A DNA stretch of 64,000 bases, taken from contig CAWGIE010000031.1 in NCBI GenBank assembly GCA_963822585.1, positions 288,001-352,000 on the forward strand. The letters are read 5' to 3'. The stretch's first letter is position 1; every line of letters begins with the position of its first letter. This document shows positions 21,805-32,439 of the stretch, in pieces. This stretch comes from an uncultured bacterium. Its GTDB lineage: Bacteria > Auribacterota > Erginobacteria > Erginobacterales > Erginobacteraceae. A model generated the notes under the pieces. The model saw only the letters and a list, made by a program, of their open reading frames with translations. It ran no database searches and was not told where the DNA came from. The position numbers and the translations under genes are program-made.

Positions 21805-23492
21805 AGGAAAATTCCACATACCGCTGGCTGGTTATTATTCTCCTGATCACCGTCTTCGGGGGCTTTCTGCGCTTGTACGGTCTCGATTGGGGGCTCCCCT
21901 GGCGTTACCACGTCGACGAGAACGCGTTCATTAACGCCGCCAACGCCATGCGCAAGGCGCCCCATCTCAACTATCTGAATCCGAAGTGGTTTTATCACCC
22001 GTCCCTGAACATATATATCGTCTGTTTTCTTTCCTGGTTTTACTCTCTCTTCGGCTCTCTCACCCTTCCCACGGTCCATCTCCTGGGCCGACTTAACTCC
22101 GCATTCTGGGGCATTATTTCCATCCCCCTGCTCTATTTATTGGGGCGACGGCTTTATGGTTCGGTCGTGGGCATTCTCGCCGCGCTTTTCTTCTCCGTGA
22201 CCGTCATTCACGTTCAGATGAGTCACTTCTTCACGCCCGATGTGACCCTGGTATTCTTCCTGATGGCGACAATGTATTTTTCCACCGGACTGATGAAGAC
22301 CGGATCCAGCCGAGATTATCTGCTGGGTGGCATGATGGCCGGGATCGGGATGGCCAGCAAATACTGGGCGCCGGCGATCGTTCCGCTCCTTGTCGCCCAT
22401 GTTATCCGGCTGATCGACCTGAAGAAATTCAGCTGGGGTGAAAATAAAAAAATCGTGTTTTCTTTCCTGATCGCCGGGGCGGCTTTTTTTCTCTTCTCCC
22501 CTTATGTAATCCTCGACGCCGGCTTCGCGATACCGAAGATTCTCTGGTGGGCAAAGAAGACGACCGGGGCTATTCCCCAGATCTGGGCCTACCAATTTGA
22601 AGGGACCACTCCCTATCTTTTTCACCTGACCCACAACCTCCCCTGGGACCTGGGATGGCCCCTGGCCCTGCTTTCCCTCGCCGGGCTGGTGATGATCATC
22701 ATCCGGCACCGGCGGGGGGACATCCTGCTCGCTTCCTGGATCATCCCCAACTTCCTCCTCATCGGGAGCTGGTATATCAAGTCCGCCCGCTACCTGCTCC
22801 CGGTGATACCCTTCCTCTGTCTCTGCGCGGCGGCCCTGGTCGGGGAGATCGTATCCCGGCGACGCTTTCGGTATCTAGGGGTTGTGCTGGCGGCAGCGGC
22901 ATTTATCTGGTCGGCGCTCTTCTCTCTGGCCTTCATCAGGATTTATTCCGCCACACACAGCAAAACCCAGGCCTCCGAGTGGGTCTACGCGCATATTCCG
23001 CCCGGCTCCCGCCTCGCTACCGATCTTTCTATCCCCCTCGGCGCCCGAAACGGCCTTCCCGACCTGTTCCCGGAGGAGCAGCTTGGCTTCACCTATCTTT
23101 TTGAGAGCGATCTCTCGCCGACCGAGAAGACCACATATCTTGATGGTATACTGGCACGGAACGACTACGTGATCATGGCCGACGCACTGAGGGAATACTT
23201 CACCAACTCGAAAGCCGAACACGCTGCCGAAAAGAAATTTTTGGATGATCTCTTCGCCGGACGGCAGGGCTTCTCTTTGATAAAAACGTTTAAGGAATAC
23301 CCCCGGCTGGGTGGATGGATCATTAACGACGACGGCGCCGAGCTGTCGTTCCATTATTTTGACCACCCCGCGATATACATCTTCAAAAGGAATAACGAAA
23401 GAATGACCCGCCGTCGCCCTTCGGGCAATAGCGGGCCGGCGAAATCCACCCTAAAAAATGACCTTCCCGAAAAATCAAGGATCCCGCGGTAG
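21801..23492 (+). CDS. GT-C membrane glycosyltransferase (GT39/ArnT-like)
   Basis: ATG 21801 overlaps the upstream TGA (ATGA). LRLYGLDWGLP, HVDE, SHFFTPD, ASKY, RYLLPV. Confidence 0.85.
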   Translation: MKENSTYRWLVIILLITVFGGFLRLYGLDWGLPWRYHVDENAFINAANAMRKAPHLNYLNPKWFYHPSLNIYIVCFLSWFYSLFGSLTLPTVHLLGRLNSAFWGIISIPLLYLLGRRLYGSVVGILAALFFSVTVIHVQMSHFFTPDVTLVFFLMATMYFSTGLMKTGSSRDYLLGGMMAGIGMASKYWAPAIVPLLVAHVIRLIDLKKFSWGENKKIVFSFLIAGAAFFLFSPYVILDAGFAIPKILWWAKKTTGAIPQIWAYQFEGTTPYLFHLTHNLPWDLGWPLALLSLAGLVMIIIRHRRGDILLASWIIPNFLLIGSWYIKSARYLLPVIPFLCLCAAALVGEIVSRRRFRYLGVVLAAAAFIWSALFSLAFIRIYSATHSKTQASEWVYAHIPPGSRLATDLSIPLGARNGLPDLFPEEQLGFTYLFESDLSPTEKTTYLDGILARNDYVIMADALREYFTNSKAEHAAEKKFLDDLFAGRQGFSLIKTFKEYPRLGGWIINDDGAELSFHYFDHPAIYIFKRNNERMTRRRPSGNSGPAKSTLKNDLPEKSRIPR

Positions 23493-23600
23493 CAAAGCTA
23501 CTTTGCGAGCCTGCCCTTCGATAATCTCGGGATTTATGAGCGATCTTCGCAGGGTAAAAATGAGGGACTAGACTAGCGGGAATAACTCCGAGGAATGATC

Positions 23601-23912
23601 TTAGTTGATCCTGTTTATTAGCTTTTTTCGGATCAAGGATGGTTTTCTTCTCATATCCAATACTGCTGCCACAATAGCAATATCCACCAGCAAAGTATAA
23701 TAAATAGCGAAGGGAAAACGGTTTGCCAGCATTCGGTAGAAGCCGAAGTGCTTGGTATGTATACCGGCGTAAATTAACAATGATTCAATATCTGATATTA
23801 TGCAATCAAAGAAATAATCACCAATTCCAGGTTCTTTTTCATCATAAAAATTTCTTCCTTCTTCAAGGTCTTCAGCAACTTCATTTAAAACTAATACCTG
23901 TCTAATTTTCAT
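23601..23912 (-). CDS. RelE/ParE-family type II toxin
   Basis: AEDLEEGRNFYD..PGIGDYF, RFPFAIYY, AVLDMRRKP; ATGA-coupled to the antitoxin. Confidence 0.85.
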   Translation of the reverse strand: MKIRQVLVLNEVAEDLEEGRNFYDEKEPGIGDYFFDCIISDIESLLIYAGIHTKHFGFYRMLANRFPFAIYYTLLVDIAIVAAVLDMRRKPSLIRKKLINRIN

Positions 23913-24118
23913 TTGATGAACTGTTTTTTTAAATCTTCGATTGTTAATAATTTGCCGGTACCAGATTCAATTTTTTGCCTTCGTTTCATTAGAATATTTC
24001 TGTGCCATGTCGGTGATTCAATTTCATTATCTTCATGGCATAACGCATCCCAAAGTTCTTCCATAGCTTGGATTCGTTCGATTGTTGACATTTTTTCTAA
24101 AGGCAAGGTGACACTCAT
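23909..24118 (-). CDS. Addiction-module antitoxin component
   Basis: MSTIERIQAMEELWDAL...SPTWH...RR, typical of putative addiction module components. Confidence 0.85.
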   Translation of the reverse strand: MSVTLPLEKMSTIERIQAMEELWDALCHEDNEIESPTWHRNILMKRRQKIESGTGKLLTIEDLKKQFIK

Positions 24119-24217
24119 AGCTTTCCCCTTTTAAACCAGATATATGTTATTAACATGGATGAGATTATTATATTTCAAAACCCACGGGTATACTTTTCTT
24201 TCTATTCAGCATCGTAA

Positions 24218-24388
24218 GGCTTCTGCAAAATAGGGGAATGTGTCATTGCGCGCCGCCTCGGGCGGAGAAGCAATCTTATTTGTACAGTTATAATCTATTG
24301 GGTGACAAAGCGTTGAGATTGCTTCGTCACCCCGAAAGCTTTCGGGGTTCCTCACAATGACCCGTAGACCCTATTATGTAGGATAGTA
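24218..24388. repeat. REP-like element GTCATTGCG..GAAGCAATCT / AGATTGCTTC..CAATGAC enclosed by imperfect inverted ends
   Basis: Palindromic pair at 24242-24361; flanks TTCTGCAAAATAGGG / CCCTATTATGTAGGA. Confidence 0.65.
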
Positions 24389-24435
24389 GCAATTACTTAT
24401 AGTATTATTTACCATGGAACTCAAGATAATTTCTT

Positions 24436-25677
24436 ATGTCCTCAGTAGAAAAGATAGATAATCGCCAAATCTGGTTTCTCTCCCACACCTACCTCCCGGC
24501 CATCGGAGGGATAGAGAATTACCTCCGGGAAGTTGGGAAGCAATTCCGGCAGAGGGGATACCGGGTGGGAGTGATCTGCCGCCGGACCGATCCCCGTCTT
24601 CCCGAAGAGGAGGAGATAGAAGGCGTGCGGGTGATCCGGCACCCCGATTTCGCCGTCCCGACGCGCCGACTGCCGGTCAAGCACCGCTACCTCACGGATG
24701 CGATCGCCCGCTGGCTGGAGGAGAGCGGGCTTCTCCGGGAGGGAGCGGTTATCTGCCGGTATCCCCCCTACCAGTGCGCGGTCTCCCGCCTTTCCGGGGC
24801 CCCTCCTTCACTTTACATACCCGCCTCCGTCTGGCCGGCCCTGGCGGCGAGGATGATTCCCACCGGCCGGATAAAGGAGAAGATCTTCGCCCGTATCTGG
24901 AGGAAGCAGGCCGCCCTCCTGGAGAAGACCGCTTTGGAAAAGGCGGGGCGGGTGATCGTCTTCAGCCGCAACATGCAAACCCAGCTCCAGGAGTATTACG
25001 GGACCGGCCGGAAGAGAATAACCGTAAACCCGCCCGGCGTTGACGCGGACCGGTTCGCCCCGGAAGCCCCTTCCCCCACCCTCCGGGCAGAACTCGATCT
25101 TCCCCCCGGAACCCCGGTGGTCATGTACGCGGGGCGCCTCTCCCCGGAGAAGAACCTGCTCTTCCTCTTCCGGGCGCTCTCTCCCCTCCTCAGAAAAGGG
25201 GAGTGCCGTCTGTTACTCGTGGGCGGTGGGCCGATGCGCGAAGAGTTGGAGCGGGAGGGCAGGCGCCTGGATATAGTGCCGGCGGTTCGGTTCACCGGTT
25301 CTATCCGGGACCCTGTGAAGTATTTTTCCCTGGCGGACATCTTCGTCTCCCCCTCCCGTTACGAGTCTTTCGGGCAAGCCATCCTGGAAGCGATGGCAAG
25401 CGCCCGGCCGGTGATCGCCCTGAAAAATTTCCCGCCCCGGATCAGGGTGGCGGCGGATGAGATCATCGAGGAGGAAAAGAGCGGCTTCATCGTCCCGGAA
25501 GACAGCGATTCCCTGCTGGAAAAAGTTCGGGTATTGATCGACTCACCACTATTGAGAAAAAAGATGGGGGAGCGGGGAAGAGAAATCTGCCGGGAAAAGT
25601 TCACCTGGGAGAGACACGTTTCCCGACTCCTCGACGAGCTCGCCTGCCTGAGGACGGGAGGTGACGGAAGTGCTTGA
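24436..25677 (+). CDS. GT4 glycosyltransferase
   Basis: PAIGGIE, GRLSPEKN, ESFGQAILEAMA. Confidence 0.9.
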   Translation: MSSVEKIDNRQIWFLSHTYLPAIGGIENYLREVGKQFRQRGYRVGVICRRTDPRLPEEEEIEGVRVIRHPDFAVPTRRLPVKHRYLTDAIARWLEESGLLREGAVICRYPPYQCAVSRLSGAPPSLYIPASVWPALAARMIPTGRIKEKIFARIWRKQAALLEKTALEKAGRVIVFSRNMQTQLQEYYGTGRKRITVNPPGVDADRFAPEAPSPTLRAELDLPPGTPVVMYAGRLSPEKNLLFLFRALSPLLRKGECRLLLVGGGPMREELEREGRRLDIVPAVRFTGSIRDPVKYFSLADIFVSPSRYESFGQAILEAMASARPVIALKNFPPRIRVAADEIIEEEKSGFIVPEDSDSLLEKVRVLIDSPLLRKKMGERGREICREKFTWERHVSRLLDELACLRTGGDGSA

Positions 25678-26809
25678 GGGAAGTGACATTGTATTCTTAT
25701 CGGGCATTCGCTGGGATTTCAGCCGGCAGCGGCACCAGGAACTGGCATCTCTTTTCGCCCGGAGGAACCGGGTGCTCTTCGTCGAGATGGCTCTCTCCCC
25801 GGCCAATTTGCTGAAGGAACGGCGGATAACGCTGGATCACTGGAAAAACTGGAGAAAAGGGGTGAGAAAGCTTCCGGCCAATCTTTTTCTCTATACCGCG
25901 CCGCCGGTCTTTCCCCTGGGCAGAAGCTTCCCGGCAATCAACGGACTCAATCAGCGGATTATCTACCGGGGAGTGAAAAAAGCCATGAGTCTGATTGGGA
26001 TGAAGAGACCTATCTTCTGGATCAGCGACCCCTATTTTTCTTTCTTCGCCCGGAAGCATGGGCAGCGGCTGACCGTATTCGACTGGATTCACGATGATCC
26101 GGGCCGGACCGAATCCCGGATAAGCCGGGTTTATCGGGGATTGCTTGACGAGGTGGTGAAGAAAGCTCAGATCATCGTCACCCCTTCCCGGGCCATATAC
26201 GAAAAGTACGGTAAAACCGATCGACGCTTCCACTTGATTCTCCACGGCGTTGATTATGAACTCTTCAGTGCCACCGTTGACCGCCGACCGGCTGACCTGG
26301 AATCCGTCCCCTCCCCCATCATCGGCTTTTCCGGAACTGTCGGGCCTGCGGTCGACCTGGGCCTGATTGAATTTCTGGCGAGCGAGCGGAAGGACTGGTC
26401 GTTTGTCTTTCTCGGGGACATACGGATACAGGTGAAGGGGCTGCGCTCATATCCTAATATCTATTTTCTCGGCCCCCGGCCGCGACAGGAGTTGCCCCAC
26501 TATATCGGGACCTTCTCGGTGGGGATCATCCCCTACAAGATCACTCCGGCGACTAAAACGGTTCACCCCGTCAAAACGTATGAATATCTAGCGGCGGGAC
26601 TGCCAATAATTTCCACCCGTCTCCCCGAGCTTGAGTATCTCCGGGGATCAATTGAACTGGCGGATACACCGGAAGAGTTTCTCCATTCTCTCGAAGATGC
26701 GATCGCCAAAGACGCACCGGATAAAAAGATAAGGCGCCGCGAAATAGCCCGGGAGTATTCCTGGGAGAAAAGGATGGCTACGATCCAGAAAGCCATTGGT
26801 CAAGCATGA
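25661..26809 (+). CDS. GT4-like glycosyltransferase (Glycos_transf_1_4 type)
   Basis: WDFSRQRHQ, PIIGFSG, HPVKTYEYLAAGLPIIST. Confidence 0.85.
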   Translation: MTEVLEGSDIVFLSGIRWDFSRQRHQELASLFARRNRVLFVEMALSPANLLKERRITLDHWKNWRKGVRKLPANLFLYTAPPVFPLGRSFPAINGLNQRIIYRGVKKAMSLIGMKRPIFWISDPYFSFFARKHGQRLTVFDWIHDDPGRTESRISRVYRGLLDEVVKKAQIIVTPSRAIYEKYGKTDRRFHLILHGVDYELFSATVDRRPADLESVPSPIIGFSGTVGPAVDLGLIEFLASERKDWSFVFLGDIRIQVKGLRSYPNIYFLGPRPRQELPHYIGTFSVGIIPYKITPATKTVHPVKTYEYLAAGLPIISTRLPELEYLRGSIELADTPEEFLHSLEDAIAKDAPDKKIRRREIAREYSWEKRMATIQKAIGQA

Positions 26810-29058
26810 GCAAACAATTGCCGAAATCAGACCTTTTCCCCGGAAGGGGAGCCGACCTGATTCAATTCCTTGTACGAGGAGGGTTGCTGGCGGTCATTTT
26901 ATGGTTCATTGAGTTCCTATTCCTTTGCCGATTCTATGATATCAACTCCCTCCTCTGGCACCATCGGATCGAGATTATTATCGCGAATATCCTGGGAACG
27001 GGAAGCGCTTATTTCATTGCCGGAGTATTGGCAGCCCTGGTCGTTTGGACTATTTCCTATGGGTGCTCACGCAAAAATTCAAATCGTTCAAATCTCATAT
27101 GCACGATTCTATCTTCGGGCATTCTTTCTTTGGTAATTATCATATATCTCAGGTTTTGGCTCTTCGGGCACCTCAGGATCACTTATCACAAAGTGTATTT
27201 TTATCTCAATCTGGGGTTCATCTTCATCGGCCTGCTTCTTTCAGCTTTCATCTTTATCGGGGTTAAATTTTTTTCCCCCAAGGGAGATCGAAGTTCCTTT
27301 TTCGGAGCTCTCTCAATCTTTCTGGGTTACTATTTCATTTTCGGATCTCACAACAATTTGATGTTATACCGGTTCCGGAAAGCCTCCGGCTTGCCTCGTT
27401 TTTCTTCGGAAGTACTATTAGCAAACGCCGCTTTTTTGTTAATCGCCTTCTTAATTGGTCTGTTATCCTGGTTTTTCTTCCGGAGATTCATTCCCCGGCT
27501 CAAACGACTTAAACCCGGGACGGCTTGGACGATTCTCGGTATATGCACCTTAATCGGCGTCCTTGCCAATGGCTTTTTTTACGATCGATGGTCGAAATAT
27601 ATTGTTCAGAATCCACTCCTCCGGAACTCCGTTTTATCCCCGGGAACTCCACGGCCCAATATTATCCTTATCATCATGGACGCTTTACGGGCCGATCATC
27701 TCGGTTGTTACGGCTATCGGCGCGATACTTCGCCATTTATCGATTCCCTGGTAGAAAAGGGTGTTATCTTCAATAATTACAATTCTTCGACCAATTTTAC
27801 CTTTCCCTTTCTCAATACCTTCCTCTCGGGGAGTGGTTATAGAAAATATTTTTCCCAGGAGCATATCAGAAAACCGCCACGTCATATCCCGCTCCTTCCG
27901 GAGCTCCTTCGCCCCGCCGGTTATCGGAGCGCTGCCTTTATCCCCCTGGAGTTATCGGAGAGGAGAGACCCCGGCTTTACATTATTCAGGCGACTGGGAA
28001 TCGGGGGAGAATTGCCGGAATCGGCGCTCGAGGATACAACCTTTACCAACGCTTTTAAAAATGCCTTTGACGCCTATTCCACCTCTATCACCTTCAGCCG
28101 CCAGTTCTGGCTCTATAAGCTGGTGGAGAGGTTCTTCGAATTCAGAACGCCCATGTACCTGGTTCGTTCCGACCGATTCAGTACCTTCTGCCGGCGGGCA
28201 CTCTCCTGGGTCGGGAAAGAACCGGAAACCCCCTTTTTCATCTATCTTCATCCCCGCGGCGCCCATCATCCGTATTTCCCGCCTCTGGATGCGGATAGAA
28301 AATTTTTCCACGGAAGGTTCCCGGAAGACGCTGAACGGGCCAACAGCTTATATTCTCTCAGTATTGTTTTAAAAAAACGCCCCTCTCCTGAGGTGCTTGA
28401 TGAGATCATCAATCTTTATGATGACGGTATCGTATATTTAGATACGACCATGAAGTGGTTCTGGGGAGAACTGGAAAGAAAAGGGTGGCTGGAAAATACA
28501 CTGATTATTATTTCGGCTGATCATGGAGAAAGCTTTTTCGAACACGGGACGGGACTTCACCATTCCAGCCTTTATCAGGAAGAAATTCATGTTCCCATGA
28601 TCGTTTTATGGAAAGATCATGTCTCTCCCGGTCTCCGTCTCGACGGTTCTTTTTCGGCTCTTGATGTCTGTCCTTCTCTTCTGGAGGCAGCCGGGGTGGC
28701 AATGCCTGAGGAAATGCCGGGATCAAGCTTCCTCGGTTATCTTTCCGGGGGTGAAAAGGTCCCGCAAAAAAAGACCTCTTTCTCGGAAGACGCGTGGCAA
28801 GGTTGGAGAGATGTGATCTCCGCGCAACGCTTCCCCTGGAAGATAATCGCCTATATCAATAATGGGCATATCGACAAAACCGAGATATATAATCTGGCCG
28901 ATGACCCGGGAGAAAGACAGGAACTCGGTTCTCAAGCTCTTGACCAACCCGACGTTGGCGAGATGCGTGAACAGATCCGGGAATATATTAAAGAGTATCC
29001 GCTCAACGATACTTGTCTGAACGGAGAAACGGCCATCAAGGATCTAGGTGATATATGA
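26806..29058 (+). CDS. Membrane-anchored sulfatase-fold hydrolase/transferase
   Basis: N-terminal TM helices; PNIILIIMDALRADH, HHPY, SADHGE, IYNLADDPGE. Confidence 0.85.
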   Translation: MSKQLPKSDLFPGRGADLIQFLVRGGLLAVILWFIEFLFLCRFYDINSLLWHHRIEIIIANILGTGSAYFIAGVLAALVVWTISYGCSRKNSNRSNLICTILSSGILSLVIIIYLRFWLFGHLRITYHKVYFYLNLGFIFIGLLLSAFIFIGVKFFSPKGDRSSFFGALSIFLGYYFIFGSHNNLMLYRFRKASGLPRFSSEVLLANAAFLLIAFLIGLLSWFFFRRFIPRLKRLKPGTAWTILGICTLIGVLANGFFYDRWSKYIVQNPLLRNSVLSPGTPRPNIILIIMDALRADHLGCYGYRRDTSPFIDSLVEKGVIFNNYNSSTNFTFPFLNTFLSGSGYRKYFSQEHIRKPPRHIPLLPELLRPAGYRSAAFIPLELSERRDPGFTLFRRLGIGGELPESALEDTTFTNAFKNAFDAYSTSITFSRQFWLYKLVERFFEFRTPMYLVRSDRFSTFCRRALSWVGKEPETPFFIYLHPRGAHHPYFPPLDADRKFFHGRFPEDAERANSLYSLSIVLKKRPSPEVLDEIINLYDDGIVYLDTTMKWFWGELERKGWLENTLIIISADHGESFFEHGTGLHHSSLYQEEIHVPMIVLWKDHVSPGLRLDGSFSALDVCPSLLEAAGVAMPEEMPGSSFLGYLSGGEKVPQKKTSFSEDAWQGWRDVISAQRFPWKIIAYINNGHIDKTEIYNLADDPGERQELGSQALDQPDVGEMREQIREYIKEYPLNDTCLNGETAIKDLGDI

Positions 29059-29087
29059 GGGAAAACCTCAGATAACAATTGATTCTG

Positions 29088-30245
29088 ATGAAGATACTCG
29101 TGTTATCCCATTCAGCGGTGGTCTCCGGCTATCATGACCGGTACCGCGAGGTGACCACGCAGGGAAGAAGCGAACTTACTCTCCTGGTCCCGCGTCAGTG
29201 GCAACAGTTTAACCGGCTTATTCGCCTGGAGAAGACCTCCGACCCCCATTACCGGATTATAGCCCGCCAGCCGATCTGCTGGGGATTGAAGGGACATGGC
29301 GCAAGAAATGTGACCCACATATATCCCGGTATAGGGAAACTCCTCAAAGAAATCCAGCCCGAAATCATCGAACTCTGGGAAGAACCCTTCGCCGCCGTAA
29401 CGGCCCATACCATCTGGAAAGCTCGAAAAATAATACCGTCCGTAAAAATCATTTTTTCCTCAGCACAGAACCTCTATAGAAACTATCCCCCTCCTTTCTC
29501 ATGGTTTGAAAAATATACCTATAAGCACGCTGATTTTGCTTTTATAATGAATTCAGAAGTCGGAAAAGTTATGCGCCGTAAAGGCTATCGGAATGATTTC
29601 CTCATCCTTCCTTTGGGGGTGAATCCGGATATATTCAAAAAGATAGACGCATCTTCCCTCCGTCGGGAACTGGGCCTGAATAAATTCACGGTGGGTTTTA
29701 TCGGCAAGTTGGACCAGCAGAAGGGGGTATTGGATTTAGTCAGGAGTTGCGGGAAGCTCAAGGGAGAAGTTAACCTGCTGATGATCGGAGAAGGTCCCCT
29801 TCAGGCCCGGATATCCCGGCTGCTCAAGGAATTGGGAATCGAAAAAGATGCCCGAATCATCCCCGCCGTCCCCTACGACCGGGTACCGGAGTATATGAAC
29901 TGCATGGATGTCCTGGTTCTTCCCTCGGTCACCCTTCCCGGTTTAAAGGAGCAGTTCGGAAGGGTTTTGATCGAAGCCATGAGTTGTGAGGTCCCGGTGA
30001 TCGGTTCAAGCTCCGGTGAGATCCCCGGAATCATCGGCGATGCCGGCCTTGTTTTTCCGGAGGGAAAACCGGATGCACTTGCCCATCAACTGAGGGCCCT
30101 GATGATTAATCGCGCACACAGCCGCGATCTCTCCCGGCGGGGTCGCGAAAGGGTATTGCGGCGATATGATTGGGATATAATCGCCCGGCAGCAGATCGAA
30201 GTCTACTCTTCACTGGCCGGACCTTCATCAGGGAAAGGAGAGTAA
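29088..30245 (+). CDS. GT4 glycosyltransferase
   Basis: MKILVLSH, KEQFGRVLIEAMSCEVPVIGS. Confidence 0.9.
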   Translation: MKILVLSHSAVVSGYHDRYREVTTQGRSELTLLVPRQWQQFNRLIRLEKTSDPHYRIIARQPICWGLKGHGARNVTHIYPGIGKLLKEIQPEIIELWEEPFAAVTAHTIWKARKIIPSVKIIFSSAQNLYRNYPPPFSWFEKYTYKHADFAFIMNSEVGKVMRRKGYRNDFLILPLGVNPDIFKKIDASSLRRELGLNKFTVGFIGKLDQQKGVLDLVRSCGKLKGEVNLLMIGEGPLQARISRLLKELGIEKDARIIPAVPYDRVPEYMNCMDVLVLPSVTLPGLKEQFGRVLIEAMSCEVPVIGSSSGEIPGIIGDAGLVFPEGKPDALAHQLRALMINRAHSRDLSRRGRERVLRRYDWDIIARQQIEVYSSLAGPSSGKGE

Positions 30246-30249
30246 TGTC

Positions 30250-32439
30250 TTGAAGTCCCGACTCGGGATCCTTATCTGGCTCGGCGCGGTAGGCGCCCTC
30301 GGTTTTCTTGTCTTCGATCTGGGCCTGGTATTCCTCGCCCCTTTCATCGGGAAAGCCCGATATCCGGTCATAGATCTTCCGCGGCCCTGTTTCGTCTTTT
30401 ATGCTTTTTTCATCTTCCTCTTTGCCGGCGCGGCGATGGGAATAATCGAATGGGTATTACTCGAATTCGCGGATCGGGCCGGAGGCTTCGTCGCCAGAAT
30501 AACGAAAGAGAAATATCGGGAGGCCGCTGCCTCGCTCGCCCTCGCCATCCTGGGCATGGCGGTTATTATCCCGGTCTCGATCATGATCTTCCGGGGCACC
30601 GGTATCTCCCGGACCCGGATTGCCGGCAGCGGGCCTTATCTGGTAAGCCTGTTTGGTTTTATTTTTACCTTCGTTCTCTTCTGGACATTGCGCCGATTCT
30701 ATCACGCGATAATCTGCCGGCCGGGAAAGGGAGCGGTGCCGGTGAATGCGCTCATAGTGACGATGCTCTGTGCCGTTACCACATTTCTCGTCTACTCTGA
30801 TAATTACCGATATCCGGGCCTGTATATCTATCTCCATAACCTGCTGTTCCTGCTCTGTTTCATCGGGTTCCAGTGCATTGTTTTAACGGCCTTCAAAATA
30901 CTGCCCCGAACCATTCAGACCCGCTCCCTGGCTCTTTTCAATAAAACCTGGGGGGTCCTGATTATCGGCTTGGTTCTGATGCAGATGATTATTTTCGTCT
31001 TCTTTTTACGTGATCCCCGGGACAAGTTTTTTTTCAAGAAAGACGGTATGAACTACTTGAAACGGATCGTTTTTTCCTACCGGGAGATCACCGATTTCGA
31101 CCGAGATGGTTTCTCCTCGTTCTTGGGAATGAACGATCCTCGAATGTTCGATGCGCGTGTGCATCCCTTTGCTTACGACATCCCCGGCAACGGGATCGAC
31201 GAGGATGGATTATTCGGAGACAGCACCAAGGAAGAGATTGAAAAGTACCGGGACATCTGGCGAGAAGGAGTTCCGTCCTCCGACTCGCCGGCGGATAAGC
31301 GGGTTGAAAAATTCCTGGATCACGTCAGGGATTTCAATATTCTCTTCATTACCGTGGACGCGTTGCGGTTTGATCGGATCCGTGATTTTGCCGATCCCGA
31401 TTACCCATTCCCGCATTTTGCGATGTTGTTAAAAAAGAGCGTCGTTTTTACGAAGATGTTCTCTCACGGGGCCGGCACGGCGGCATCCATGCCGGTTCTG
31501 TTCAGTTCCCATTATGACTGGAGAACCGGGCGGCCTCCTCCTGAAAACCTGATCAACCAAATGGGAAAACGTGGTTATACAACGATCATGGTCACTTACC
31601 ACGGCATGGTTGAATTCGTGAATAAGGATTCGCAATTCGACATCAGCTCGGGCTTTCAAATCAAGCAATACGGAAACGGAGATGGGAAGGAATGGGCCTG
31701 GGAGGACGGAAACCTGAGCGGGGAAAATATAACCCGGGAGACGATAAGGCTGCTGGGAAAATTCAGGGCCGCGAAGTTTTTTATGTGGGTCCATTACTAC
31801 GAACCGCATGAATGGTATCGGCTCAATGATCCCCGTATGCCTCTCGACCGAAAGAACCCTCATCAGGCTTACGATAAACTGGTCGCTTATATAGACGAAC
31901 AGATAGGAACATTGCTTTCGGCACTGGAAGAACTGGGTCTGGAAGAGAATACGATTATTATGCTCGGGGCCGATCATGGGGAGGGATTGGGGGACCGGGG
32001 CATTCTGACCCATAAATATTTTATTATAAACCAGTTAATACATATCCCCTTCGCCGTCAAGATCCCCGGCCTGGTCCCGGGATCGGCGGGGACTTCTCCC
32101 GTCGGCTTGGTTGATGTTATGCCGACGATACTTAATTTTTCCGGTTATACCTCCGAACCCGGGATGCTCGACGGAACCAGTCTGGTGCCGTTACTGATCA
32201 ACCCGGCACAAAGGAGAGATAAACCTATCTTTATCAATGAACGATATTATAAAGCGGTGATATACGGACGCTATAAGCTCGTATATGATGTTGCTATGCA
32301 CGATGTCCAGCTCTTCGATCTCGACTCGGATAATGAGGAAATTCACGATATCTGGCCTGAAATCGATACACCTTTAAAACGTCATTTATACTATCTTTTC
32401 CTCACTTCGCCTTTTTATAGATCGAATTCAAGTTATTGA
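30250..32439 (+). CDS. Membrane-anchored sulfatase-fold hydrolase/transferase with a short Ca-binding-like insert
   Basis: TM N-terminus; DFDRDGFS..DIPGNGIDEDG; NILFITVDALR, HYYEPH, ADHGE. Confidence 0.8.
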   Translation: MKSRLGILIWLGAVGALGFLVFDLGLVFLAPFIGKARYPVIDLPRPCFVFYAFFIFLFAGAAMGIIEWVLLEFADRAGGFVARITKEKYREAAASLALAILGMAVIIPVSIMIFRGTGISRTRIAGSGPYLVSLFGFIFTFVLFWTLRRFYHAIICRPGKGAVPVNALIVTMLCAVTTFLVYSDNYRYPGLYIYLHNLLFLLCFIGFQCIVLTAFKILPRTIQTRSLALFNKTWGVLIIGLVLMQMIIFVFFLRDPRDKFFFKKDGMNYLKRIVFSYREITDFDRDGFSSFLGMNDPRMFDARVHPFAYDIPGNGIDEDGLFGDSTKEEIEKYRDIWREGVPSSDSPADKRVEKFLDHVRDFNILFITVDALRFDRIRDFADPDYPFPHFAMLLKKSVVFTKMFSHGAGTAASMPVLFSSHYDWRTGRPPPENLINQMGKRGYTTIMVTYHGMVEFVNKDSQFDISSGFQIKQYGNGDGKEWAWEDGNLSGENITRETIRLLGKFRAAKFFMWVHYYEPHEWYRLNDPRMPLDRKNPHQAYDKLVAYIDEQIGTLLSALEELGLEENTIIMLGADHGEGLGDRGILTHKYFIINQLIHIPFAVKIPGLVPGSAGTSPVGLVDVMPTILNFSGYTSEPGMLDGTSLVPLLINPAQRRDKPIFINERYYKAVIYGRYKLVYDVAMHDVQLFDLDSDNEEIHDIWPEIDTPLKRHLYYLFLTSPFYRSNSSY

